A stretch of 64,000 nt of DNA from Octopus bimaculoides (Eukaryota). The number at the start of each line of letters is the position of its first letter. The stretch's first letter is position 1. Positions 25,421 through 39,026 of this stretch are shown here, in pieces. The position numbers and the translations under genes were made by a program. Where the stretch lies: positions 115,311,146 to 115,375,145 of the forward strand of contig NC_068985.1 of assembly GCF_001194135.2 (NCBI RefSeq). Reading direction: 5' to 3'. The notes below the pieces were generated by a model. The model was not told where the DNA came from. It was given only the letters and a program-made list of their open reading frames with translations, and ran no database searches.

Positions 25421-25829
25421 TACTCTTTACTCTTTTACTTGTTTCAGTCATTTGGCTATGGCCATGCTGCAGCACCGCCTTCAGTCGAGCAAATCGACCC
25501 CAGGACTTATTCTTTGTAAGCCTAGAACTTATTCTATCGGTTTCTTTTGCCGACGTAAACACACCAGCATCGGTTGTCAAGCGATGTTGGTGGGGTGGGG
25601 GGGGGGCAAACACAGACACACACATATCCACACACATACATATCCATATATGTATATACATATATACGACGGGTTTCTTTCAGTTTCCGTCTACCAAATC
25701 CACTCACAAGGCTTTGGTCGGCCCGAGGCGATAGTAGAATACATTTGGCCAAGGTGCCACGCAGTGGGACTGAACCCAGAACCATGTGGTTCACAAGCAA
25801 GCTACTTATCACAGAGCCACTCCTGCGCC
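25421..25829 (-). mobile_element. SINE family A, near full length (~410 bp)
   Basis: Sense reads GGCGCAGGAGTGGCTCTGTG (A box)...GGGTTCAGTCCC (B box), GGCACCTTGGCCAAATG (CORE-like), an internal (TA/TG)n tract and a (TAAAAGAG)n tail. Confidence 0.9.
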
Positions 25830-27009
25830 TATATATNNNNNNNNNNNNNNNNNNNNNNNNNNNNNNNNNNNNNNNNNNNNNNNNNNNNNNNNNNNNNNNN
25901 NNNNNNNNNNNNNNNNNNNNNNNNNNNNNNNNNNNNNNNNNNNNNNNNNNNNNNNNNNNNNNNNNNNNNNNNNNNNNNNNNNNNNNNNNNNNNNNNNNNN
26001 NNNNNNNNNNNNNNNNNNNNNNNNNNNNNNNNNNNNNNNNNNNNNNNNNNNNNNNNNNNNNNNNNNNNNNNNNNNNNNNNNNNNNNNNNNNNNNNNNNNN
26101 NNNNNNNNNNNNNNNNNNNCTTCCGATCTTTGTTGCGCATGTTTTTTAAGGATTGCGTGTAGAATGCTTTTAAATGACTTTACCACTACCTGTGTACCAA
26201 CTAAACTGTCTATGCTAATTACTGAATTTAGATGTTTTCCTTTCAGTACCTTGTACAGGATTTGCTTTTGAGTCTAGCAGGGCTATTATTTGAATTTTCA
26301 TTGTGACCCCTTTTGACTCCATTGATATCGACACCGATGACCTTGAAGTTGACCTTTGAATTTCTTCCTTCAAATAATGCGGGGGCAGCTTATGGCCGGG
26401 TGTGTCACATACAATCCAGGCGTGTGCCTTACTCTGTACACTGTTTTACGATGCCACATACGTTGATATATGTTCTCCCTCTCCCTAGAAATGTCATTTC
26501 AAATATCTATCATAGATATCTGCAAACATTTATTAGCTGGAAGGAGGTAAAGTACAAGAAACTTATTTTCTTTCACACGGTGGTAAGCTTGCGCCTGTCC
26601 AGTGGGAAAATCGTCGTTACTTTTGTTCTTTCGGCAAAATGATCTATATCGAGAACTTTCGATTGTGAAAGCAGGTTATCTCTTTACTAATCCTATATAC
26701 TCTTAATATTATTGTTCACAAACGTATTTATCATGCTACATTTTCCTTTTCAAATGTTATTTCTTTTATTTTTCTGACATTTCTTTCTTTAACTGTGCGC
26801 TTAGTATTTTTCTTTTTAAGTATTGTCTCCACTTCGCACAGTATAAATAAAAGTAGTTGCAAAAATACCATCTTGTTTTTCTATCCCCGGTAAAGCGAAG
26901 ACCGTCCAAAATGTTCAATAAAACTGTGTGTAAAATAAAATCCAAAATGAAACTTACTTCATTAACTAATCTTGAAAAGCATTGAGAAATGTCGCAGCAG
27001 AATTTTAGC

Positions 27010-27046
27010 TAGTTAGTAGTAGTGGCAGCAGCAGCAACAGCGGTAT

Positions 27047-27102
<56 letters not shown>

Positions 27103-27470
27103 ATGAGAAAAAGAGGATGTGAAAAGAGAGAGGAAATAGATGATAATGACGACAAAGACGACGATGACAGTGAAGATGATGATGATGGTGATGATGATGA
27201 TGATGAAAACGACGATGGTTATAATAATGATGACGATTATAAAGATGATGATTATGATAAAACTGACAATAATATAAATAATGATAATAATAATGATAAT
27301 GATAATAATAAAAACTGATAAAATTGATAATGATGACAATATTGATGATGATTTATTTTATTAATATAAAAAATGAAAATATTTTAACTCTTCTTCTTCT
27401 TCTTCTTCTTCTTCTTCTTCTTCTTCTTCTTCTTCTTCTTCTTCTTCTTCTTCTTCTTCTTCTTCTTCTT
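27010..27470. repeat. (TAG)n, GAT/AAT-rich and (TCT)n microsatellite cluster
   Basis: Seen directly. Confidence 0.9.
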
Positions 27471-28516
27471 CTCGTGTTCTAGTAGATTTTTGTTCTTGAT
27501 AATAATAATTACCTACATCACCACCGGCATTATCTTCATCGAAGCAATATTGGCCAATATTGAATGTTGAAAAGCGTTGTCTGCCTCTCAAATATAGCAA
27601 TAATACTGACAAAAAGTACCAAGGACAAATCGATGACAAGAAATAACAACAACAACAACAAAGACGGCAACAGCAGCAGCAGCAGAAAACTAAAATAAAC
27701 TGAAAAGAAAAGTAGTAACTCAAAGAATGTAAAAAAAAAACAAAACATAAAACAAAGAAAAGATCCAAACAAAACACCAATATTGAAAACAGCAAGAGCT
27801 GGAACAATAAATATAAGAAAATTCATTATAACAACAATAACAACAACAAAAAAATCGTAGCTTCGAGCAAATCCACAACAATTAAAACAAGATCTAGAAA
27901 TATAACATTGACAAGAGTTATAGAAACTGCAACAAAAACTACATCATCTGTCACAGCTACAAAAATAAAAACAGCTCCCATATCTACGACGAAACAAAAG
28001 CGCGTCTGTTTGGTTGTCTGAATTTTCAGAGATAGCAGCCAAATCTTTCTCCAGTCACACCTTAGCATCTGCTAAANNNNNNNNNNNNNNNNNNNNNNNN
28101 NNNNNNNNNNNNNNNNNNNNNNNNNNNNNNNNNNNNNNNNNNNNNNNNNNNNNNNNNNNNNNNNNNNNNNNNNNNNNNNNNNNNNNNNNNNNNNNNNNNN
28201 NNNNNNNNNNNNNNNNNNNNNNNNNNNNNNNNNNNNNNNNNNNNNNNNNNNNNNNNNNNNNNNNNNNNNNNNNNNNNNNNNNNNNNNNNNNNNNNNNNNN
28301 NNNNNNNNNNNNNNNNNNNNNNNNNNNNNNNNNNNNNNNNNNNNNNNNNNNNNNNNNNNNNNNNNNNNNNNNNNNNNNNNNNNNNNNNNNNNNNNNNNNN
28401 NNNNNNNNNNNNNNNNNNNNNNNNNNNNNNNNNNNNNNNNNNNNNNNNNNNNNNNNNNNNNNNNNNNNNNNNNNNNNNNNNNNNNNNNNNNNNNNNNNNN
28501 NNNNNNNNNNNNNNNN

Positions 28517-28571
<55 letters not shown>

Positions 28572-28775
28572 TTGTGTGTCTGTGTTTGTCCTCCCGGCAT
28601 CGCTTGACAACCGATGTTGGCGTGTTTACGTCTCCGTAACCTTAGCGGTTCGGCAAAATAGACTGATAGAATAAGTACTAGGCTTACAAAGAATAAGCTC
28701 TGGGGTCGATTTGCTCGTCTTTAAAGGCAGTGCTCCAGCATGGCCGCAGTCAAATGACTGAAACAAGTAAAAGTG
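28517..28775 (+). mobile_element. SINE family A, 3' half emerging from a gap
   Basis: Colinear with the family A 3' half and tail. Confidence 0.85.
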
Positions 28776-29131
28776 TAAAGAGTAAGAGTATTGGATAACA
28801 GAGCTTGGATTCTATGCTTACAGAAAAATGTCCTGAAGGCCAGAGCTGGAATGACTTGGATCGCGGAGGAGGTCAGTAAAGGATACATGGGTTTAAACAA
28901 GAGCAGCAACAAGAACAACAATGAGAACGACCTCAACAACGTGTCGTAAAGGGTGCCTCTACGTGGTAGTTCGAATTGCTAAATATAACATCCCAAATCC
29001 CTTAAATCACGCGTTAGTATGTTTGAAACGAAAGAAAATTGTGTAATGTAGTTTGTAGTTTTAAAGAGGCAGAATGAAGGGATAGGCGTGGAGAGTACAC
29101 CGTTCGTTGTAGGTCTATTCAGTTAATGTTG

Positions 29132-29290
29132 ACCTATGTGGTAAGTAGCTTGCTTCCCAACCACATGGTACCGGGTTCAGTCCCACTGCGTGACACCTTG
29201 GGCAAGTGTCTTCTACTATAGCCTCGGGCCGACCAAAGCCCTGTGAGTGGATATGGTAGACGGAAACTGAAAGAAGCCTGTCGTATAAAT
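29132..29290 (+). mobile_element. SINE family A, 5' half
   Basis: TGTGGTAAGTAGCTTGCTTCCCAACCACATGG...GGTTCAGTCCCACTGCGTGACACCTTGGGCAAGTGTC, ending at the internal TA tract. Confidence 0.85.
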
Positions 29291-29292
29291 AT

Positions 29293-30182
29293 ATATATAA
29301 TACATTAAAAGTCAGTTTCAGTCTTGCTTGCTTGCTTGTAATGTTACTCCGCGAAACTAGCGCATAAGGGGACAATACCATAAATTATGTTTACTCTGAA
29401 ATGTTAATAGGAATCGAATGATACGAGTTTCACTTAGATCGGTAAAGTAGTTTTCACGATATTAGAGATGTTCAGGCTATGAATACCCAAAATGGTGCAT
29501 AATGGGAAAATGTTCCGAAAATAATCTTCATCTTGAAAGGAAAGAAATTCTAACCTTTCGATTAGACGGTGAGTTGATAACGAAAAGAAAAAAATCGATT
29601 TTTTTTTTACAATTTCTAATTTCACTTTTGTTAAACACAATATTTTAATCATTTACTGTTTTGCACTTTTACTCTTTTACTTGTTTCAGTCATTTGACTG
29701 TGGCCATGCTGGAGCACCGCCTTTAGTCGAGCAAATCGACCCCAGGACTTATTCTTTGTAAACATTTAGAAATGTTTTCAAGTGCGTATTTCGGGAACTC
29801 GTGATCCGATTCACACAAATCTCATTTTATTCCGTTTGTATTCACATTTCACTGGTACCTTACTTTCAAAGTATTTTCCCATTATGTGCTGGCTTCACTA
29901 CTTATAAAGGTGTCCACAGTAAAAGGCAATAACTCCAAGTGTCACTGGTTAAAGTTGTGAAAGCCCCCCCCCCCAAAAAAAAGTCGCGTATCTCGGGAAT
30001 CTGTGGTCTGATTTGCACGAAACTTGTTTTTATACAGTTTGTATCCACATTTCAGGAGAATCTTACTTTCAGAGTATTTTCCCATTATGTGCCGGTATGG
30101 CTGCATTGAATTACAGACAAGCACACCCGAAAGCAAGAACACAAGCAAGCAAACAATCCGAGAGTTTTAGTAATATATAGAT
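29293..30182. mobile_element. Possible Helitron/Helentron (DINE-1-like) non-autonomous remnants, with a SINE A tail inside (29668-29760)
   Basis: Both ends show an ATATATA.TA..AAAA start followed by (GCTT)n pointing inward. A ~92-bp internal segment is duplicated at 29800 and 30003. The class is inferred from general architecture only. Confidence 0.3.
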
Positions 30183-30317
30183 AACTTACCATATAACATC
30201 GCTGTAAAAAAGAGGGCGACAGAAGATATTTTGCTTATAATGGGAAATTATTTGAACAAACTTTTCACAAGCTGTTCAACAAAAATCAGCATTAAGTTGA
30301 GCTGTAGCTGCACAAAA

Positions 30318-30705
30318 TGGAGGCGCAATGGCCCAGTGGTTAGCGCAGCGGACTCGCGGTCATAAGATCACAGTTTCGATTCCCAGGCCGGGCGTTGTGA
30401 ATGTTTATTGAGCAAAAACACCTAAAAGCTCCACGAGGCTCCGGCAGGGGATGGTGGCGAAACCTGCTGTACTCTTTCCCCACAAATTTGTCTCACACTT
30501 ACTTCCTGTTTCTGTTGTGCCTGTAATTCAAAGGGTCGGCCTTGTCACACTGTGTCACGCTGAATATCCCCGTGAACTACGTTAAGGGTACACGTGTCTG
30601 TGGAGTGCTCAGCCACTTGCACGTTAATTTCATGAGCAGACTGTTCCATTGATCGGATCAACTGGAAGCCTCGACGTCGTAAGCGACGGAGTGCCAACAA
30701 CAACA
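30318..30705 (+). mobile_element. SINE family B, full length, (CAA)n tail, 12-bp TSD
   Basis: Head TGGAGGCGCAATGGCCCAGTGG...GTTTCGATTCCC. TSD AGCTGCACAAAA at 30306-30317 and 30706-30717. Confidence 0.92.
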
Positions 30706-31152
30706 AGCTGCACAAAAAGGCATGTTGAATGCCGCTGAGAGCGATGCTGAAATCGAATTCTGAGTCACGAGGATGGAAGTGCAATTACGAAAACATAAAT
30801 GATATCCTGGTACAGACGGCTGATATTCTCACATACTACACACGGATGCACGATATAGGACTTACAGTCTACTCATGTAAGAATTATGAGCACATATACA
30901 TATCGTTCTGTTGTCTACACTAAAACACCATAAATTTCAGTTGATGATGAGAGGGAAAAAATTCCAACAAATATCTCATGTGTGGTACAGTCATTTAAGA
31001 AGAGATAAAATAGTGTCTCCTATGCCTTACATACAGATGCTACATTCTTCATTATCCTACTCTATTCTTAAATTTTCATTTGTTGTCATAGTTACTGTGG
31101 TTCTTATTGACGACAATGCTGATAATGGAGGAATAATATTCGCATTTAGTCT

Positions 31153-31506
31153 AAGGCGGCGAGCTGGCAGAAACGTTAGCACACCAGGCGAAATGCTTAG
31201 CGGTATTTCGTCTACTTTTACGTTCTGTGTTCAAATTCCGCCGAGGTCGACTTTGCCTTTCATCCTTTCGGGGTCGATAAATTAAGTACCAGTTACGCAC
31301 TGGGGTCGATGTAATCGACTTAATCGCCTTGTCTGTCCTTGTTTGTCCCCTCTATGTTTACGTTCTGAGTTCAAATTTCATATAGGTCGACTTTGCCATT
31401 CATCCTTTCGGGGTCGACAAATTAAGTACTAGTTGTGTACTGAGGTCTATCTAATCGACTGGCCCCCTCCCCCAAAATTTCGGGCCTTGAGCCTAGAGTA
31501 GAAATG
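31153..31506 (+). mobile_element. SINE family C dimer (two subtypes head to tail) within one degenerate 18-bp TSD
   Basis: AAGGCGGCGAGCTGGCAG...GTTCAAATTCCGCCGAGGTCGACTTTGCCTTTCATCCTTTCGGGGTCGATAAATTAAGTACCAG, with the body present twice. TSD AATATTCGCATTTAGTCT (31135) and AATATTTATATTTAGTCT (31507). The central block resembles the MetaSINE domain (from memory). Confidence 0.85.
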
Positions 31507-32947
31507 AATATTTATATTTAGTCTTTTTTACTAACGTAGTCTCTTTCATCTTTTCATCCAATCAGTCTACAAGCAAAATGAAATATTAGCCTGCAGGATG
31601 TTTGCCGTGTCAAAATTTCTATAATATTTAAATATAGAAACATCGAAACATATATATAAATGCGTATATATATATATATACACATGAGTAGTCCTTGCGT
31701 TTCGTTTTTTTTTTTTNNNNNNNNNNNNNNNNNNNNNNNNNNNNNNNNNNNNNNNNNNNNNNNNNNNNNNNNNNNNNNNNNNNNNNNNNNNNNNNNNNNN
31801 NNNNNNNNNNNNNNNNNNNNNNNNNNNNNNNNNNNNNNNNNNNNNNNNNNNNNNNNNNNNNNNNNNNNNNNNNNNNNNNNNNNNNNNNNNNNNNNNNNNN
31901 NNNNNNNNNNNNNNNNNNNNNNNNNNNNNNNNNNNNNNNNNNNNNNNNNNNNNNNNNNNNNNNNNNNNNNNNNNNNNNNNNNNNNNNNNNNNNNNNNNNN
32001 NNNNNNNNNNNNNNNNNNNNNNNNNNNNNNNNNNNNNNNNNNNNNNNNNNNNNNNNNNNNNNNNNNNNNNNNNNNNNNNNNNNNNNNNNNNNNNNNNNNN
32101 NNNNNNNNNNNNNNNNNNNNNNNNNNNNNNNNNNNNNNNNNNNNNNNNNNNNNNNNNNNNNNNNNNNNNNNNNNNNNNNNNNNNNNNNNNNNNNNNNNNN
32201 NNNNNNNNNNNNNNNNNNNNNNNNNNNNNNNNNNNNNNNNNNNNNNTATATATATATATATATATATTTATATACATATATATGTATGTATGTTTATATG
32301 TATGAGCACACATATTGTAGGATAGATATACATACATATTGTGTTATTTATTTTTCTTATATGAATAGGCACAATATTTTTAAATTGTGATTTAAAATTC
32401 GGTGTGTGTATGTGTATATATATACATACAATCTAAACAGTGGAAAAAATCATATATATGTAGCTTAGAAAAAAATAACAAGTCGTAAAAATATGAGACA
32501 AGAAAATCAAATGATTAACTTTGGATAGGAAAAGAAGAGAAAAAAAGATCAAAATGGCGAAGTCAGTTTTGAAAAAAAAAATGATCGCACAGACAAAAAT
32601 ATAAAATCAAAGATGGAGACAATGGATTTATAAGTCTCTAGAACAAACAAACAGAAAATATAAAATTACAATGGAAGATTATTGGGCTAAATGAAGCATT
32701 TAAATCTACTAATGACTAAATATTGAGTCAATTTCTATGAGATGTTTTGAACTATGTTAACAAGGAACAAGAGAGAGAATTTCAGGTCATTAGAGCAACT
32801 TAGCTTGGAGGTGAATATATATGGAGGCGCGCGGGCGTCTTTGTCTGTGTGAATGTATGTGGATGATTGTGTATGTAAGTAGCTATGAGTATATATTAGG
32901 ATGTATGTATGTACGTATGCATGTATGTATTATGTATGTATGCATGC

Positions 32948-33067
<120 letters not shown>

Positions 33068-33614
33068 GCATATATCATATAAAAATATGTTTGTGCGTGT
33101 TTACCTCTAACTTTATATGTGTATATAAATATGTATATATGTCTGTGTGTGTATGTCTGTATACATGTATGTATGTATATGTATATATATATATATATAT
33201 ATNNNNNNNNNNNNNNNNNNNNNNNNNNNNNNNNNNNNNNNNNNNNNNNNNNNNNNNNNNNNNNNNNNNNNNNNNNNNNNNNNNNNNNNNNNNNNNNNNN
33301 NNNNNNNNNNNNNNNNNNNNNNNNNNNNNNNNNNNNNNNNNNNNNNNNNNNNNNNNNNNNNNNNNNNNNNNNNNNNNNNNNNNNNNNNNNNNNNNNNNNN
33401 NNNNNNNNNNNNNNNNNNNNNNNNNNNNNNNNNNNNNNNNNNNNNNNNNNNNNNNNNNNNNNNNNNNNNNNNNNNNNNNNNNNNNNNNNNNNNNNNNNNN
33501 NNNNNNNNNNNNNNNNNNNNNNNNNNNNNNNNNNNNNNNNNNNNNNNNNNNNNNNNNNNNNNNNNNNNNNNNNNNNNNNNNNNNNNNNNNNNNNNNNNNN
33601 NNNNNNNNNNNNNN

Positions 33615-33655
<41 letters not shown>

Positions 33656-34058
33656 GTATATATATATTACACACACGCGCACACACATATTGTAATGCAT
33701 ATACATGTCTGTAGGAGCATGCGTGTATCTTTAAACGCGTGCGTTCCTGTCTGTATGATTTTTACTGAACTAGAGTATGTTTCCATTTCTTGATGTTTCT
33801 TAGGGCATGTAATGCCAACGATAATTCCGTTAACATTTTCAAAATTTCCTCCTTCTATATGATGAACGGATTTCCGGCGCGAAAAATCAAATGTTGGAAA
33901 AGTAGTGAACTTTAATATTATTGAAGAAATTTACTCTACTGCATGAATTTAATGCTCTTTTCAGTACACCTATTTACAAACAAAACCCACACTGAGGCAG
34001 GTACGCACGTATATACACACAGAAATACACAAACTCATTCACACATATACGCACGTAG

Positions 34059-34104
<46 letters not shown>

Positions 34105-34241
34105 ACACACTGTCACAGACACACACGTATATATATATATANNNNNNNNNNNNNNNNNNNNNNNNNNNNNNNNNNNNNNNNNNNNNNNNNNNNNNNNNNN
34201 NNNNNNNNNNNNNNNNNNNNNNNNNNATATATATACTTATA

Positions 34242-34280
<39 letters not shown>

Positions 34281-35064
34281 TTATATATTTGTATATATAT
34301 ATATATATATATATGTACACGCACTGACACAGACACAGACACACTCACACGTATATAGATATATATATATATATATATAAATATACGTATATGAATACAT
34401 ATATGCAAATATCAAAGTTTTTATTCATACCCACGCGTAAGCATCTTTATGAATATATGTCTGTCGTATGTCCTCGGTGACATCTTTGCCTCTGGTTAAG
34501 CGAAAGGTTTCTGCGGGGCATATGTTCTGAGGAAGGTCATGTCCTCTGTAATTGGACCTTTTAACTCGAATAAACAAACTTAACTTGTTAATAACGAATA
34601 TTGTATACTTACTATAGAAGAAAATTGTTCACGTACTAACGAAAAAAATGGAGAGAGACAGAGACACGGAGTGAGAGTGTGAGTGAGAGAGCATGTTTCT
34701 TTTGAAAAGGTAGTGGGATATAAAACAGTACTGCCACTTTTATACTTTCTAAATATTCGCTGCTCGTTTATGTATGTGATTAAATATATAATACTCGAAA
34801 ATTGCTTTTATAATTGCGAATGTATATATTTTAAGGAAGAACATTTATATTTTAAATTAGAAATCTTAAATGCTGAAAGTGCGAATATTATACATTAAAA
34901 CGCAACAAATACAAAAATAACTAAGATTAAACCTGATTTTAATTTTTAACTTCTAACATAATTCATTTGCAGTTCTTTTCATAGAATTTGATCAGGTTTC
35001 CTTGCTGTAGTCCAAGAAATTTTATAAATATTCATAAAATCGGTATCAATATTCTTCTGCTTCT

Positions 35065-35265
35065 AAGGCAGCGAACTGGCAGAAACGTCAGCACGCAAGG
35101 CGAAAAGCTTCGCGGTATTTCGTCTGTCTTTACGTTCCACAGGGTTCGACTTTGCCTTTCATCCTTTCGGGGTCGATAAATTAAGTATCAGTTGCGCACT
35201 TGAGTCGAACTAATCGACTAGCTCTCTCCCACAAAATTCCAGGCCTTGTGCCTAGACTAGAAAAG
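35065..35265 (+). mobile_element. SINE family C with 17-bp TSD
   Basis: TSD AATATTCTTCTGCTTCT (35048-35064) and AATATTCTCCTGCTTCT (35266-35282). Confidence 0.88.
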
Positions 35266-35844
35266 AATATTCTCCTGCTTCTGTAATTCCATATATTCTT
35301 TGTTACATGTTTAAATTATATGAAGTTTTATATTTTTTCTCGGTATTTATGTACCTATGAATTTACGGTTTCTGTCACTCTTATAGGTGTAATAAATGAA
35401 AAATGACCTCATAGGTTGGAATATAGCAATAAAAAGGTTATTACTATTGATTTCTTCGGAAATGAAAAGTATTTAACGTTTTGGACTTAAGTCCTTCATC
35501 GGCCAGGAAGATGGAACAAATTTGCACAAGATAACAGAATGGGAAAATGAGGGGGAAAAAAAGATAAAATGAAAGAGAGACGAGCATATAATCGTCACAC
35601 ATCTACACGATCGTGAAAAATGACACGAAATTTGAAAAAATGACATAAAAATTATGAAAAAGAATTGGGTATAAACACACAGAAACACAAACATAAATAC
35701 ACACGCGCCACAGAAACACAGCAACACACGAACACATAATTCAACGGTCTTGTGAATACTTTCTGTCAGCTATATTCCAAGCATAAGTCTATTTAGTATT
35801 GTAGAAGACACTTGGCGAAAGTGCATCCTTCGTATCGTATTCCC

Positions 35845-36025
35845 GTTTCTGGAGATCGTGTTAGTCGGCCACATGCCATGTGGTTATGGCAGATGAAAAA
35901 AGTATTTCACGGTGGTGGGAACTGACGGGGAAACTGCTCGGGTGATTTCCCGGGGCGACCCGTGCAAATACCGTCAAATGGTTGGTGCAAAGGCGCGCTG
36001 CAATGGGGCATGTCCCCATACAAGC
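35845..36025 (+). mobile_element. 3' terminal fragment of an RTE-type LINE ORF2
   Basis: With one frameshift: SRPHAMWLWQMKKYFTVVGTDGETARVISRGDPCKYRQMVGAKARCNGACPHT. It resembles the RGRP..W...R....A.RC.G.CPHT C-terminus of invertebrate RTE elements (from memory). Confidence 0.55.
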
Positions 36026-36260
36026 GGAAACTGTATAAAAATGGTATTAGTGTCACTGAAATATTGATGTTTATAGAGTGCAATGTGGGTATGATTCTAT
36101 AGCAGACTGTCGCTGGTTGTTTGTTTTCTGGGTTAATCTCTCAGGCATGGGAGCATTGGACGCTTACAAGGGTTAATGATGATGACTTTTGTAGTCAAAC
36201 GTATTGATGGCTGTTATGTTGAATGAATTGGTGTGTTTGTTGATGTTGATTGTTTTTGTA

Positions 36261-36310
<50 letters not shown>

Positions 36311-36439
36311 TGCGCTACATATATCTACTACACTCCAGCTCTATTAATAATACATTGATTGACATCATGCTGGTAATGGTTGAATATTTACAGTCATAGT
36401 ACATAATTTTTCTACGCAATCGAGGGTGACGGCAGGTTG

Positions 36440-37300
36440 TCCTATGTAAACAAATGTTACAGCAACAAGTAGGAACACAATGAGCGGTATAAATCGGATC
36501 AAAATATGTTCTTGTTTCGCTTCGTGTAAAACCTATAATCAGAGTAATTCCAGTTGTGAACATTCCTCCCCCTTGTGACTACCTTGTACAATATCATCCA
36601 AAATGTAAAGCAACAATTTGCAATACAGAACCAGCAGTGTTGTTGTTGTTGTTGTTGTTGGCACTCAGTCGCTTACGACGTCGAGGGTTCCAGTTGATAC
36701 GATTAACGGAACAGCTTGCTCGTGAAATTAACGTGAAAGTGGCTGAGCACTCCACAGACACGTGTACCCTTAACGTAGTTCTCGGGGAGATTCAGCGTGA
36801 CACAGTGTGACAAGGCAGACCCTTTGAATTGCAGGCACAACAGAAACAGGAAGTAAGAGTGAGAGAAAGTTGTGGGGAAAGAGTACAGCAGGATTCACCA
36901 CCATCCCCTGCCGGAGCCTCGTGGAGCTTTAGGTGTTTTCGCTCAATAAACACTCACAACGCCCGGTCTGGGAATCGAAGCCGCGATCCTATGACAGCGA
37001 GTCCGCTACCCTAACCACTGGGCCATTGCGCCTCCACACCAGCAGTGTACACCGGATTAAAATATGGCCTTGTTCACCTTCATGTTAAACTTATGATCTG
37101 ATGAATTCCTGCTGCGATAATTTCTCCTTCTTGTGTCTACCATGTGCAATATCATCCAAAATGTACAGCAGCAAGTTGAAAAACACATGTATGTGCATAA
37201 AGAGGATCAAGACATGTCTTATTTAGCTTCATGCCAAACTTATGATCAAATGTATTCCAGCCATGACCATTCCTACTTCTTGCCACCGCCTTGTACTTCA
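36440..37300. repeat. Degenerate ~150-bp tandem triplication interrupted by SINE B
   Basis: CAATATCATCCAAAATGTA occurs at ~36588 and ~37147, and ...AAAC.TAT.ATC...ATTCC.G... occurs three times. The period is ~150 bp after removing the SINE and one TSD. Confidence 0.7.
36641..37037 (-). mobile_element. SINE family B, full length, 11-bp TSD
   Basis: Reverse complement closely matches 30318-30705. TSD ACCAGCAGTGT at 36630-36640 and 37038-37048. Confidence 0.92.
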
Positions 37301-37789
37301 ACTTTTTAAGTAGGTTTACAATTTCAGGAGATTTGCCTATTCATTGAAGCAAAGTAAGTAACCATGAAGCGATTCTTTCATTGGCACGACTGACGTGACA
37401 ATTCGATACTTTGAAACAGTAAAATCAATACTTTGCAAGGGTAAAACAAATATCTCTGCTAGATTTTAGTCTTTCAGGGAATATTCGCTTCTCAAACATT
37501 CAATACAACCTCGAAGAATTTATGGTAACTACCATTTTTCCATAATATTCTACAATATTACTTCTTCCGACATCGTTATCACATTCCATGTTTTCTTCAA
37601 CTGCTATTATTGAGGAATTTAATAATTCAGAGTTCTCTTCGATTCGAACCGTTTCTTTGTTAATTCTTCAACTCGACCATTGTAACGACTTCCTCATAAA
37701 TTATCCACTTCCGCTAAACGCCTCCGCCTAGTCACTCATTTAAATGATTAGTCCTTTGGTTCTTCGGATCGTCCACGCGTTCATCATCA

Positions 37790-38112
37790 TGATCACGATC
37801 ATCACCATCATCATCATCATCGTCGTCGTCGTCGTCGTCATCCTCATCATCATCTTCATCATCATCCTCATCATCATTATCATCATCATCGTCATCATCA
37901 TCATCATCGTCATCATCATCATCGTCATCATCATCATCGTCATCATCATCATCATCATCATCATCGTCGTCGTCGTCATCATCGTCATCATCATCATCAT
38001 CATCATCATCATCGTCGTCGTCATCATCATCATCATCGTCATCATCATCATCATCATCATCATCGTCGTCATCGTCATCGTCATCACCATCATCATAATC
38101 ATCATCATCATC
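37790..38112. repeat. (TCA/TCG)n microsatellite running into a gap
   Basis: Seen directly; it gives the spurious poly-D and poly-M ORFs. Confidence 0.9.
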
Positions 38113-38751
38113 NNNNNNNNNNNNNNNNNNNNNNNNNNNNNNNNNNNNNNNNNNNNNNNNNNNNNNNNNNNNNNNNNNNNNNNNNNNNNNNNNNNNNNNN
38201 NNNNNNNNNNNNNNNNNNNNNNNNNNNNNNNNNNNNNNNNNNNNNNNNNNNNNNNNNNNNNNNNNNNNNNNNNNNNNNNNNNNNNNNNNNNNNNNNNNNN
38301 NNNNNNNNNNNNNNNNNNNNNNNNNNNNNNNNNNNNNNNNNNNNNNNNNNNNNNNNNNNNNNNNNNNNNNNNNNNNNNNNNNNNNNNNNNNNNNNNNNNN
38401 NNNNNNNNNNNNNNNNNNNNNNNNNNNNNNNNNNNCCGCCACCACCGGCAATACTACAATCATCACCTTCATTTCCTTCTTCATCTCCCCACTCTTCGTC
38501 TTCCTCTTTTCCTATTCTACTTACTTCCTCTCTTTCCTTTTCTTCTTTCTCTCCTTATTTCGTCTACTCTTCCTCCCCTTTCTTTCTCCCTCCACCTCAT
38601 CCTTTCCATAATATATATGAATTTACAAAGGTATATCGTAAAGCATTCTCGTACTCAATCATGAAAGAATGTCTATATATGTATGTATCCAGTAATACTG
38701 ACGTATTTAAACACACACCTGTATATACACACACGCACATTCACACACACG

Positions 38752-38785
<34 letters not shown>

Positions 38786-38949
38786 GGTTGACACGCATGC
38801 GCATAAATAGATAGATAACCAAGGACGAATGGTATGTATATATATGTGTTTGTATGTAAGTATGTATATATGCACGTGGGTATGTACGTAGATGCTTATA
38901 CATATATATATATATATATATATATAGATGTGTGTGCGTGTGTGTGTGC

Positions 38950-39026
<77 letters not shown>

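Noticed and set aside
25209-26162. 317-aa ORF with a hydrophobic N-terminus
   Set aside because: Mostly antisense SINE A sequence and N; similar peptides recur at every SINE A copy (5470, 45102).
30318-30395. SINE heads as functional tRNA genes
   Set aside because: A and B boxes are present, but there is no acceptor or anticodon stem and each continues into a SINE body with tail and TSD.
37480-37730. Protein-like minus-strand stretch (EENSELLNSSIIAVEENMECDNDVGR)
   Set aside because: Short frames broken by stops, no recognisable motif and no good splice sites.
37732-38484. Poly-Asp acidic protein ORF
   Set aside because: (TCA/TCG)n microsatellite plus a gap.
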